A DNA stretch of 64,000 nt, taken from assembly GCF_003918875.1 (NCBI RefSeq), contig NW_025767131.1:620001-684000 (forward strand), read 5' to 3'. Origin of the DNA: Haliotis rubra (lineage: Eukaryota). The stretch's first letter is position 1, and each line of letters starts with the position of its first letter. Positions 26,782 through 39,568 of the stretch are shown here, in pieces. The notes beneath the pieces are model-generated. The model was not told the origin of the DNA and did not search any database. It was given only the letters and a program-made list of their open reading frames with translations. Position numbers and translations under genes: made by a program.

Positions 26782-26955
26782 GGGGCGGTGGGGTAGCCTA
26801 GTGGTTAAAGCGTTGGCTTCTCACGCCGTAGACCCGGGTTCGAATCCCCACATGGGTACAATGTGTGAAGCCCATTTCTGGTGTCCCCCGCCGTGATGTT
26901 GCTGGAATATTGCTAAAAGCGGCGTAAAACCAAACTCAGTCAGTCAGTCAGTCAG
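26782..26955 (+). mobile_element. Family A SINE (CAGT tail)
   Basis: TSD tcgaagcataata at 26766-26778 and 26956-26968. Confidence 0.95.
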
Positions 26956-27020
26956 TCGAAGCATAATAGGGTCGAGCCAAAATGATATTTCATTCTTCGT
27001 TTTTCCGGTTTTGTGGTTGA

Positions 27021-27143
27021 TTGGTTCACCCGCGGCGCGGAAATCCCGGATTTAATGTATCGGTACAATATATGAAGCATATTTCCAGTGTCCCCGCTGT
27101 GATGTTGCTGGAGAGGCGGTGTAAAACTATACTCACTTACTCA
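27021..27143 (+). mobile_element. Degenerate family A SINE
   Basis: ggtacaatatatgaagcatatttccagtgtccccgctgtgatgttgctgg...gcggtgtaaaact..actcact. Confidence 0.75.
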
Positions 27144-27836
27144 TGTGTTATTGAAACCGATGGCGATGTTGCTGCCGCTGTTGTTGTGGATAAACTTTTA
27201 CGATCATGTTGGTTCTCCTTCGACAATTTTCTGACATGCCATGACAATGTTAAATGCTTTCCAATTGGCGTCACACAACTCGCCCCCTCATATAGAGTAT
27301 GAGCTTTTATTTTACGAAATCCCAAATCCCATCAGGAGTGGACCGAGGTTACTGAAATACGAGCTGGGTGCAAGATCTGACACGGGGAACACTCAGCGTG
27401 ATTTCACTGGATTGATCATGCCTAACAACTGCAGGGGTCTGGAGTCAAACAGCGAAACCAGATTTCGTCTTGATTACACCACTTAAGGATACCGGGAACA
27501 CGTAACCATTCTTCCTCTTCTGCTTTGTTTACACATATGGTACGGGTTTTAACAACCTATTATCCTATGTCCATCTCTGATTTGTTCAGGTGACCACGAA
27601 CAAATTACCATGTATGCCTGGCGCACGACCGTACACTGCTCAAGCGGGGAGAATAAATCAATTTATACCCCGCCCCATGGAAAAATCATGCATCCAGGGC
27701 AGTCTGTGAACCGTGAAGCAGTGGTTCGGATCGACTAGTCAGCACCATGTGAATAAAATACATGATTGAATTTCAGTTCGTTTCAATGTTATATTCATAT
27801 AATGAGAGATTTAAATATTCAGTAAGATAAATTCGC

Positions 27837-27963
27837 TGTAGCATTTTGATTCGAGATATAAGGGGTTTTATGCGTCGCTCGCAGGCTCGGTGGATAAAAC
27901 CTATGGCGAAGAATATAAAGAGGGACGCATAAAACCCCATATACCCCTCATCACAATGCTACA
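27837..27963. repeat. Long imperfect palindrome (hairpin-type element)
   Basis: tgtagcatt..gat..ggggttttatgcgtc pairs with gacgcataaaacccc..atc.caatgctaca. Confidence 0.8.
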
Positions 27964-27993
27964 ACTTATAATACGGTCTCTCGAAAATGCATG

Positions 27994-29060
27994 CACTCTT
28001 CAAGAAAAGAAACGCAGAGATATTTCGATATATTTTGACAGCTATCGTCATTAAGACAATCCCGAATCCCGTTAATCATGACGTGGTTGGTGTGTATTGC
28101 GCGCAAACGCATCCCAAAATCTGTTTGTAAACGTTTTTTGTTAAAAATGAAAACGATACATGAAAAGTGCATGCACGTGCAATATGTCGAAAACATGGGA
28201 AGAGACATCTGCTCAAAACCAAATTCATCATTTCATTACGAAATTTACAATGTAAACGAAGATCTAAAATGCCAAGATTGAATGCTACTGGCCGAAATGT
28301 CCGAGTCTGCCGTTACAAGACACCTCAACGTCCACCTCATCACCATATCTCGATTATGGCATCGACATACCCACTTCAATTCGACCCAAGATCGTCACAG
28401 TAGTGAAAGACCAAGAGTGACCACTCCTGGTCCGATTCATCTGGGTGTTTCAGCTACGTCACCGATTTGCTACAGCAACGGACACTGCAGGACGGGTGCC
28501 TGGCCTGAATTTCCAATCAAACCATCAGAATCGTCTGAGGGAAGTGGGAATTCGTGCATATCGACCAATCGTTTGACCTTTCCTGACATGACTACACCGA
28601 CAAGGAACTGTCCAATGGTGCAACAGGCGACAGGGGAACTGGCGACGCGTTTGGTTCAGCGATGAATCGCGTTTCCTCCTGCAACAACTGGGTGGGATAC
28701 AACGTGTCTATCGACGTCGACACGAATGTTTTGCGCGAACTGCGTTCACGAGAAAGCGTCATGGTATGGGGAGCCATGTCATACACGGATAGATCAGAGC
28801 TAGTGGTCGTTCAAGGCAATCTTACTGCAAAACACTACATCGACCAAATCCTGCGACCTCACTTCCTTCCACTGTTTAACCGCCAGAGGGGAGCTGCTTC
28901 AACACGACAACGCTTGACCCCACACAGCTCGTGTAACAAGTGCCTGTCTCGCCAATGTCATGCTCTGGCCATCCAAATCGCCTGATCTGAACCCGATCGA
29001 GCATCTATCTGACGAACTTGATCGACGCGTCCATAAACGATACCGTCGTATAGTGAGTGA
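27994..29060 (+). mobile_element. Decayed Tc1-like transposon (frameshifted transposase pseudogene)
   Basis: Left TIR CACTCTTCAAGAAAAGAAACGCA. Fragments MPRLN, RHLNVH..TISRLW, ERPRVTT, VMVWGAMSY, GNLTAKHYIDQIL, QHDNA*PH and WPSKSPDLNPIEHL are Tc1 DD34E motifs. Right TIR not found. Confidence 0.92.
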
Positions 29061-30480
29061 ACTGAGTTAATGCTGACAATCAAAGCAAAACATATACGTG
29101 TGTCGAATTCCCAGTCATCTTTGTTCAAGCTTAATCGACTTATGTACACTTAAATACGTTTAACACATTCTTTTATTTAAAGATTTTATATTTGTATGTG
29201 TACGTCTGCTTGTGTGTTTGTACATGTGTGTATGTGTGCGTGTGTGTGCTTATCCATGTGTACTCTACTGATCTTTTAGTACTGGCAGTGGAAAGTGGAA
29301 CTTCTTAAATACGAAAACTGTGCTGCCATATGAGATAAGTTATCATCATTTTCAGATTGTTTAAATATTTTCACGTTCTGTTATTTTACGGGAAGTACGT
29401 CTTTTCGTGCAAACAAGCAAAATTACAACACAGTCTCAAAATTTGATGATCTAAACAAAGCTATATGAAGTCATGTCGTTACGCAAGTATCGAGGATACA
29501 CATAAAGAATACGGCGATAAGACAAAAGTATATTTGTGATGTCTGAAATTAAGTTGCATTAGTTCGATAAACTCATTGTGATTGGATCGCCTGTATTAAA
29601 TGAAATCTGATGACGTAGATCATCTTTTAAATGTACTTACCATGTTGAAGCACTTACTCTATTTATGACGTCTAATTTCACATTTAATAACAACAGAAAT
29701 CGTATTGATAGTTACGAATCCGTATATCGCAGACATGCCATTCAATTGGCTGGATTTCGTCATGATATTTGTTTCAATGAACATTAGTCAAAGATCACGA
29801 ATGGATATATACAACCGATTGTATTCTAGAGATAACTGTAACTGCTATTAAATGGAATGAGTTTTTAAATTAAATTGATTAAACAGTGACATATGAGTCC
29901 ATCAAAAGCTTTTACCCTAGAATCATTCTGGTAATGGTCTTTGCACGTACGTACTGAGAACCTTAAGGTTAATTGATGATTATATAGAATAACGGGATAC
30001 TGTAGGGACTATGTATGACATCACAGAAAAAAACTAAAGACTTTATTATCGGTCATTTTGCCCATTAGAATATGCATAATTTAATAAAACAAATTAAACT
30101 CCGCGACGGTCCCTGTGCGGTTCCTTTTCTTGACAGGTTCTTTCTGTTGCCGTGCCCTTTCGGGTTAGCTGACACAGGGGGTTGGCTTGACTTTGCGGCT
30201 GTTTGTCGAGGGTGCCGCCGATGGGTCGTGGTGCCACCGCCTTTTTGTGGATGACTGGTGTCGATGAAGATGCAATGGTCTGTGGTACATGATAGGGATG
30301 GGAATGTGCCTACTGATATTTCTTGAGATGATTGGAAAAGTTTTCTTGCATTTATCTTTGAAATCAATCAGGAAAGAACAACACTATGCCTGAGTTGATG
30401 TGTCATAATTCTGTCAAAGGGGTCTTGATGAAGCGTTTTCTAACTTTTTATATCATCTGAAGTTACGTTCTCACTTTTAG

Positions 30481-30722
30481 GACCCGTGAAGGTCCAGGTT
30501 AGAATGAGCCTTCAGTGACCCATGCTTGTCGTAAGAGGAGACTAACGGGATCGGGGGGTCAGGCTCGCTGACTAGGTTGACACATGTCATCGGTTCACAA
30601 TTGCGCAGATCGATGCTCATGCTGTTGATCACTGGCTTGTATGGTCCCAGACTCGATTATGTACCGCCGCCATTAAGCTGGAATATTGCTGAGTGCGGCG
30701 TAAAACTAAACTCACTCACTCA
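30481..30722 (+). mobile_element. Family B non-tRNA retroelement, full length
   Basis: TSD ctcacttttag at 30470-30480 and 30723-30733. Starts GACCCGTGAAGG. Confidence 0.93.
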
Positions 30723-30757
30723 CTCACTTTTAGGACATGTGCTTTCTGAACTCCATA

Positions 30758-30915
30758 GGGGCGGTGGGGTAGCCAAGTGGTTAAAGCGTTCACTCGTCAC
30801 GCCGAAGACCCGGGTTCGATTCCCCACATGGGCACAATGTTTGAAGCCCATATCTGGTGTCCCCCGCCGTGATATTGCTGGAATATTGCTAAAAGCGGCG
30901 TAAAACCTCACTCAC
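30758..30915 (+). mobile_element. Family A SINE (CACT tail)
   Basis: 11-bp TSD tctgaactcca at 30745-30755 and 30916-30926. Confidence 0.95.
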
Positions 30916-31141
30916 TCTGAACTCCAAACGTGGGGCCTACTTGCACAGTGGAAGTGGACCTTCATCATGTCTGCATTGCTACAGTTTATGCAAATGTAAA
31001 GGAATCCTGGACTGCAGCCATCTGATAAATCCTTGCCAAGTGTTTTTCAATGTTGTTTATATGTGACTAAAAGGCCGTTATCATGCCGCACCCTCATTGG
31101 TGAAAACCAAACATACTTAAAACGTAAGACGTTTTTTTTAT

Positions 31142-31380
31142 TTTACTGTAAGACGGCCAAGGCTGGAATTGATCACCAGCAACCAATGCTTGTCTTGGGA
31201 GGCAACTAACGGGATACGGTGGTCAGGCTTGCTGACTTTGTTGATGCATTTCATCGTATCCCATTTGCTTAGATAAAAGCTCATATTATTAATCACTGGG
31301 ATTGCCTGGTGCTGACTGTCTACGGACCGCCGCCACGCAGGTGGTTGATATAAACAACAAACAAACATTTCAAACAAACA
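31142..31380 (+). mobile_element. Family B retroelement, older copy with (CAAA)n-like tail
   Basis: cagcaaccaatgcttgtc..ggcaactaacgggat..ggtcaggcttgctgact..gaccgccgcca. Confidence 0.8.
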
Positions 31381-31658
31381 AAATGAATCTGTGTGTGGTA
31401 ATCGGATTGAATTGTTTCAGTATTACACTACTCTAAGAAGTAGTGACACGTGCTAGTTGGCGCTTTGATCGTAAGTGAGGCTTAGGTCATTATGAGGATC
31501 ACAATACAATGCGTTCAGCATGTGAATCCACAACAAGCGTTGTTCAGACCACAAGATTGACAATCAACGCTATATCATAGCACGGCCACCAACTACACAT
31601 TATATAACTCACTCATCTTCAAATTGAATATGGCACATAAAGAAATATGCTCGTTGTA

Positions 31659-31717
31659 CGACCTTACGACAAGCATGAGTTACTGAAGACCAATTCTAAC
31701 ACGGATCTCCACGTGTC
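31659..31717 (-). mobile_element. Isolated 5' head of a family B element
   Basis: Minus strand reads gacacgtggagatccgtgttagaattggtcttcagtaactcatgcttgtcgtaagg. Confidence 0.8.
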
Positions 31718-34700
31718 CCGACATGTAGAACACGGCGCCGAACACACGCTGAAATCTCGTTCATGGTCTATAGTCGGAATCGTACAGTCGACTCCATGTA
31801 CTTAGGTATTCTTATGAATAAGGAAAGGGTTTTCCCGACTTAATGGAGAAGAATATATCAGCTGTAGCTACGTTACCTGTTCCTAGGCAAATAAGGTTCC
31901 TAGTGCTGTACATTCAATCCGTACGATACATGGTTCATATATCTACATTACACATACCCCTGTAACGGACTCATATTGTCTCACATTTCGCGATACACCT
32001 ATGGCGTTGCTATTATATAATAGTTGTGTCCTCGACCTCAAGGCATATTTCACAATAGACGGTTTTAAATATGACAATTGTAAACTTAATCTATAGTGAA
32101 CGGCTTTAAATATGTCGAATAAAAATTGAATTTAGGCCCACTTCAATTTCTGTGACGTATTTATTTTTTAAAGTGCTTCCCACGTGTCTTGGCGTGTCTG
32201 TGCAAGATTATATGAAAGCATGATATTTACGAACATGAATCAGGAACTGTTATCTAATTCAGGACGCATCTTCTTGCCATACATGTCAAGACTGGAACCA
32301 ATTTAAAGCAAATAGATTTAAGACAAATATCAGTGACACCTTTAATCGGATCAAACCACATTACTGTTGTATTGTTTATCATTACGTCGGTTACGCGTCA
32401 GAATATCGGAACGAGCGTCCCGATCGATTTGCATTAGTTTTGTACATAGGAATTGGTTACCGAAAAGCTACAATCCTACCAGTCCTGACATCTCATAAAA
32501 AACCCATAAACCACCACAGTCTAGGAACTAAGTATCGACGCTACGAGGCAATCATTCCTCTGCGACGCCACGACTGTGTTACATAAAACTGCAATAGATA
32601 ATAAAATATTAATTTCATTTAAAATGAATTTCGAAAAGTGAGGTTTACATTAAAGTTGATTGCGCGTGATGTTCGCGACCTCCTGACCAAGCTGTTGGCT
32701 CAGGGATGGTCAGTTATGAATCTCTCATGACCGTAACAATTATTCATACAGTAATAGTCTGGGGCACGTGCACTTCTGTCGTGAGTATGTATGAAGGAGA
32801 TTGGATTGGCGTTATCATCAACTGTTGCACTATACCAAGGGACAACCCTATCCTAGTATAATTAAATTGTCAGTGTAAGGTATAACTCCCGCTCACTCAC
32901 ACTTGGGAGTGGGGTGGTGATCATTTCAATACTTAATCAAAACGGTACACACATTGAGTTATGAATATCATTGCTGGGGCCGTATGCAATTGATGCGGCT
33001 TTGGAGAAGCAACGTTATCTGGATGCAAGTTCAGTTTGATACTGTGCCGAATACAATTAACAATTTCGGATTAACAAAGTCCAGTTGAATACTAGTATGA
33101 TGAATATACTTAAACCTCGTTGACAATTTCGGATTAACGACTGCTCATTGAATGACGTATTATGGCTCTCAACTTTATGTAAAGGTGATCGTTCTGAAGC
33201 GGGAGTCTGGATTAAAGAGGTCTCCAAATAAACATTTTCCTGATTATATGTTTAATGATTACAGAAATTCTGATTTCTTTCGAAACATTATTGTGTAAGG
33301 CGGTTCGTTTTACGATATTTTTATATGGCGATGCATTGTATTTTTTTAGGAGAGAACGTAGAGTAATATATGGTTTTCGTTATTATTCCATTTCGTATAT
33401 TTTTACAGATATGTTTTACAGATGACATTACATATGATTTAGAACATGCCCAATAGAGTGCATGTAATGGTTTACCATATTCCCCCAGTATGCCCATAAC
33501 TGTGATTCCATACGGCTTCTAACCGAGAGCATACATATGAATGAACATTTTCTGACAGTATTTCTCATACAGGCGGAAAACAAATCATTCTTTTGCGTGT
33601 GTCATGCAAAAAGTCATTCGTCAGTACATACATAGTCTTCTTTAATTAGGTACGGTGCAATTGAGTTTTGTAATATGATCCCCGACGTTTAAGCTGATGA
33701 CATTCTTCTTCGTGTCTTATCACCGTGCAGTCATGGATACAAGTTTGATTTATATCTAACCAATGACCAAGGTAGTTTGTAGAAGGTACCAGACTGTGAC
33801 GAAAGGTAGAAATCCGCTTCTATTTAAAGACTCCTGGCGCTCTGTCGATGTACTTAAAAGTCGATCCATTCAATATCGTTCTATTTGCCAAGTAATCGGA
33901 AGTTTTATGTCCATTTTGCATTGTAATACAAGATGTGATTATCCGTTATCTGGATACATGTGTCTATTGTTAATGCATTAGGTTTCTGTTTTTAGTAACA
34001 GTGAGCATGACTGAGTTGATGTGTGGGAAAAGGTTGCATTCGTGATCATGTTCAAAATTCGATATTTGCACATGTGCACTTCAGTGATTTTGAAAGCTAA
34101 TTTGTCAGCTGAAGTAATAAAAATATTAAAAACATGAGGAAATAGCGTCATCCATCCATGGTGTCAGTGAGTGATAATATTTTATATTGGTCTTGTAGCT
34201 TGTTTCAGAATTGGCACGCCGTACGTTTCCATTTCATGTCAGGAGAAAATATATACTAATGATCTTGTGAATATGGCTTCTGACAAAAGTTCTTCCTTCA
34301 GCAAGGTCGTATTATATGTCAATATTGTACGCAAACTTTATCTTGTTAAAGTTGCCATATGCCATACTTTCTTATAAGCATAATATGTTAATTTTATATA
34401 AAAAGATACCTCGAGGCCAAACGGAGGCCTGGAATTGCTGTATCAAATGACAAATGTTGATTGGTACGTATTACAGGTTGATGACAAATGGAACTGAATT
34501 CAATGCTGGATCAAAACTTTTTGATTGTACCAAAGACGTATAACAGTAATACCTTTGATCTACGATGTAACCTGAAGACATTACAGTTTTAGCAAACAAA
34601 GCTTACTTTGACATGTTATACCTCTCCATTGAAAAAAGGAGAAGCAGATCAGAAAAATCGAAAATTAATGTCAGGCTGTTGATTTATTCAGTTCAGTTAT

Positions 34701-37049
34701 TCAGTCATATAAGGAGCGTCTTTGCTGGAACTGTACCATTACATTTCAGTCAGGGAACTAAGGTTTGGTACATAACGCAACATCATGTAGATAGTGACTA
34801 TACATTGACATAGCGACATGCAAATGACACCAAATAGTGTAACGGTTTATGTCTATCGAAACCCATTGTATATTCTCTCTCCTAGTTTGTAGATAAGGAA
34901 GTGGTATGAAATTAGCATCTCTCTGACGATATTTGATAGTAAACTCTTAACAAATGCCATCACTGTTAACATTATTCTAACGATCGTAAGCACAGTGTGT
35001 TATATTAACTGTTTTATTGTATAAACTGTATTATTAATCCAAAATGCATTGATGTATTTCGCATTTAAATATTGGTACTTTTTTGTCTGTGGTTTCGAAT
35101 GTATTCTTCTTGTAGATACTATGTGCAGGTTTGACAGTATTACTATTGATTGTTCGTTTCATAAACACACATTGGGTCTCACAAGCATTTTTGATGGGGA
35201 AATATTTCGTTGTGGGGAGTTGTGTCCCTTGATTTGCTAAGATCCACTCGTGGTTTGGTCGAAACTTTCGTCGAATGGCTTTTTCCATATTGGCAGACGG
35301 CGTGTGTTAATTCCTTCTTTTCACGCAAAGACACGACCGATATAATACGACTTAATACAACGGCAGTACTAACATTCACACCAAGGTCTTGTGTCAAAAC
35401 AAACAGAAAACTTATTCAAGTACAGCTTGTTGGTTTAACGTCACGTAAAACCCATGAAACCTTTGAAGTACCGTTATATTGAATAAACAGGATATGGAAC
35501 CAAGGTTCCGAGGTTGATGTGTTTGGTTCATATTACAGTGGTGAAAACAATTTTAGTTTCATGAATAGTAATGATAAAATAGTTTAAATTCCGAATATTA
35601 ACTTTTTACAGTCTCGGTCATGTCTTCGTGCCAATGACTTTATTTTAAATTTATTTTAAATTCATTGTTGGTTTTCGGTATACTGTTTCTTACTGGTCAA
35701 TCGGCGCTAGTTTCCGTCACGTTATTCCTATCTGCTAAAGTGAACCAGACATCCACGGAAACAATTCTAATTTAGACGAAATTATAAGAAGTAAGAGTTA
35801 TGTTCCTATCCACTAGTTTTTCTCTATTACGCCATTTAACGCGATCGTAGTGAAAAGATTGCAAACCGTTTGGCCAAATCATATTCTAATCATTCCTGAG
35901 AAATCGACTGAGCACCAACTTTTTTACAACCTTGGAGATCATGAATCACTCAAATGAATATCTTCCAAAAGCCTTAATCACATTTTATGTTATACCGCCG
36001 TCCCGGAGGTATTCATCTAGCTGTTCATCTACATATATATTCAAAAATTATGTGAGCTCTCATTTTCCCTCATGTGTGATAGTATTTTGTACAAAGAATG
36101 ACATTAAACATTCATACACATATATACATAAGTGCCTCTTGTATGAACACGATATCAGCTGTAGGAGTTCCATTAACGACATTAAGTGGACTTAAGAGAG
36201 GTTCTTCTGTCAACATCCTACTTCACCACAACCGTCAATATGTATCAATGCTACCCTTCTGTGAACTCCATGTCTACTTTGCCTAATCAGATATGGAATA
36301 TAAATACGATCGTTTGTTACATATGACAGGATATGTCTGTGGAAAATATTTGCTTAAATCATATCAACGAATGTATTTGCACACACGCAGATGCACAATC
36401 TCTATAGTGTATGATACGGCGTCTTAAATGGAGATCACATCACCTTCTGTACTCCGATCACACTCAGGAGGCCTATTGACCGTTTTCTGGTACCATAAAC
36501 TGCATTATCAAAACTACATCTCGCATTGCTGTTCGAACGTAACTTCAATTAGTTGGATCTATTCACAGGTTTCAGAACATTATAATGTCAGATTGTATTA
36601 TGCATAATAACCCATATGTTCTCTCTGTGGAATCCTGCCAGTTTGATTATAATAGGTTACGCTACCTTTTAACTGCAAAAGACTTAGTACTGTTTGGGGG
36701 AGATTGGTAGAGACGTCGGTTGATCATGGCAATTAGGATACGACGCGGTGATATAACAGAAAACATGAGATGCAGTTAAGCGCAGCATTTGTATAAGAAC
36801 GAACTGTATTGTCTTCTCGATGTATGTAGTAAGAAAACGAGTTACTATATAAAAGTGTTTGATTGCTATCTAGTATGTGAAAACAATGGGATTCCTGAAT
36901 TTGTGATATGAAAAAGCCAGGCCTAACGTCGCTTTCAAGATTATTGCAGTTGTAACTTATAGCTATAACGACGTGAGTATTTGTGGCTGCTTGTAATATT
37001 CCAGACCAGAGTCGGTTTTATTGTGCTTGTTCACTTATATATCATGTCA

Positions 37050-37203
37050 CAGGTCATTTATGGAAACACTACTCAGACACACTGCAATGACTCTTCCGAG
37101 TTGTTCTTGTTTTATCCCTAAAGGCAAGGTACCAACAAGTACCTTCTTTCAACTTTGTTTGGCCTGACGCGACCGGGGATCGAACCACGGACCTCGCGCT
37201 CTA
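37050..37203 (-). mobile_element. Old tRNA-derived SINE of a third family (V-SINE-like)
   Basis: Minus strand B box ggttcgatccccggtcgcgtcaggccaaac..gaaggtacttgttg. The family assignment is from memory of V-SINE heads. Confidence 0.55.
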
Positions 37204-37717
37204 GGACAGTCCAGTAAACCACGGTGTCCGTTGAATTATTTCATTTAAACATGAACGTCCCTTTTTTAAACGGAACATTGATCTTCACTGACGAGAGTTC
37301 GGATACTACTTTCTACAGCAAAGAAGGATCAAACGCGTTCTTGTTTCTTCATCTCGCGATGAACAATCTTTTAAGATGTCAGATTAGTTCAATGTCTAAT
37401 GCATACAATACGCTTGCACATAATCACTGAACGCGGAAATGGATAAAGCCACCTGTGTGACACAGTTACATTACCACATGCTTTCACAGAGAATAATTGT
37501 AAGGTGGCGTGTATTTGATTCTCTGCAATTCCCGCTTAATGATCTCAGTCATCGTATCCAGATATCGCAGAAAAACTCATTACGCGTGTTAAACATGTAC
37601 ATTTAATTCCATTGTACAGTTCGATATATCTTTTCAACGGTTGCTGACGGGCATAATGCAAGTTCATAAAAAAAGTGTAAATGACATAGCTATGAAATCA
37701 CAACAGAATGCACCTAC

Positions 37718-38120
37718 CTGTCTACGGGATAGTCCCTAGGTTTTACTAACTAGAGAGGTATGACAGTGGTTGTTCTACACGTAGGTATGTCCTCAATTGG
37801 CTTGCCTTCTCGGATACCCTGGCGATGGTACAAAGTGACTCCCCTGTCGGATTTACGCGAATTAGCGGCACGACGCAGTTCTTGATGGCTTATATAGCAA
37901 CTTAGCATCCGTCAATAGCAATATTCTGTACGTGCTGAAATCGATTATTGATTGATGGGTGGCAACTGTCAATCAGCAAGATGTGAGCGAGGGGGAAGGG
38001 TTTGTGGTTTGTGAGGGGGCGGGAGAGGAGGGAGGGGGAAGAGGCTCGAGCCTAAGGCACTGCAAGCTAGCACACCTCCTCTGGAGGAGCGAGAGTGGCA
38101 TAGTTGCTATGGAAACGATG
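37718..38120 (-). promoter_or_regulatory. Candidate Pol II promoter plus non-coding first exon (possibly of buccalin)
   Basis: Minus strand: TATATAAG at 37896-37889, Inr-like CTAATTC about 33 nt downstream, a 146-nt ATG-free exon ending CAG|GTAGGT at 37718. Upstream: TGACG half-CRE (~37910), GC box 38016-38023, X-box-like GTTGCTATGGAAAC 38103-38116. The region is locally GC-rich. Confidence 0.55.
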
Positions 38121-39242
38121 CAACAAAATGAGCGTTCTTCGTATCATTACGGGAAGTGAGGGCTTGGCGAAGAGAGAGCTGGCCTAAAGACCGTTAGCGA
38201 TCAGCGGACTGCTCGATGAGAAAATCGGAGACAGTACATGTCTTGTTAAAACATGTCATTGTCAAATGGCGTTGGTCAGATACAGCGGTTTAAGACAAGC
38301 TGTCAGAGGTTATGACATGGCAGAGACACGTAGCGGAAACCCTGAACTTTTAGTATTTCTGAGGTTTTTGTTGCTAGTATCAGTAAATGTCAATACTTCT
38401 GCGGTTTGGGTCTTTCTGTGTATTATTGTCATGGTTGATTGGTATAACTTGAAGGATGCACTTGTACATGATTTAAGTCTTATCTTATTATCGTAAACTG
38501 TTATAATGGAGTGAGTCTTATTTATAATGGAGTATATTGGTCTTTTTGACATATCACATTTACAAGAACGTAACGAAATATATACTTTTCTTTCAAGATA
38601 ATTGAAAACCTATGTTCAAATAGGCGGTAGACGTTCAGAACGCAGAAAGAAATGTTACTTCAACTGGTATTGAAGCCCTCATAGTGCCTTGCTGTGGAAC
38701 TGTAACAATACCCACGATTCAAAAAAAATCTTGATATCACATATCTGTCGACTGTATAAAAGTAGTGAAAATGCATATGCGAACTGAAACACCTGTGAAC
38801 ACTGTAAATGGGATTTCAAGGGTTTGGAGACCCTATCAGTTAAAAAGGATGAGAAGAATAAAAACCTTATGGGGGTATAATTGCAAGAGTATGCATCGGC
38901 AATGTCTATCAATAGTCGTAGGTGATTGTGATTTCGGTATTCATAAAGTAACACGTGGAACTGTTGTGTGTGGAAGCGATTGTCAAGATCAGTGTTCAGA
39001 TTTGTTAACAGGAAGATTCTAATTGAAGGTTTTCGCGTTTGAAAACAAGTTCTGAACAAAGCTCTGTCGCAGGTGTCTTCTCGTTGAAGTTATACATGTA
39101 TAGCCCGGCAGGGTATATTGTTCACGATCAGCTGCGGCTGGAAATACTTGAAACACTAATTGATTTTGTTTTACGTTTTTGTGAGACATTTGGAAGTTCT
39201 AAGCAACCATAACATATGAGGATAATCAGCTTCTTTGTTGCA

Positions 39243-39568
39243 GTTATTAGCGACGTCCCGTTTCAGGTGTTAACACCGTTATTAATCAAGAGTTATGGGG
39301 GACGCTCCATTGTAGGTTAAAGCACTGTTATAAATCAGGTGTTAGGAGCGACGTTCCATTGTAGGTTAAAGCACTATTATAGAGCAGGTGTTAGAAGCGA
39401 CGTTCCATTGTAGGTTAAAGCACTGTTATAAAGCAGGTGTTAGGAGCGATGTTTCGTTTTAGGTTCTAGCTTTGTCATAAAGCAAGTGTTAGGAGCGACG
39501 TTCTGTTTTAGGTACTGACACCATTATCAAACAACTGTTAGAAGCGTCGTTACGTTGCAGGTTCTGGC
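39243..39568. repeat. 49-bp minisatellite, about 6.5 copies
   Basis: Unit gttaggagcgacgttccattgtaggttaaagcactgttataaagcaggt; edge copies are diverged. Confidence 0.9.

Noticed and set aside
38266-38496. Plus-strand ORF next to the candidate promoter (possible divergent gene)
   Set aside because: Short, with no recognisable domain or supporting splice pattern.
39243-39568. Tandem arrays (also 42641-42968) as CRISPR-like arrays
   Set aside because: The units are contiguous with no unique spacers, and the context is eukaryotic.
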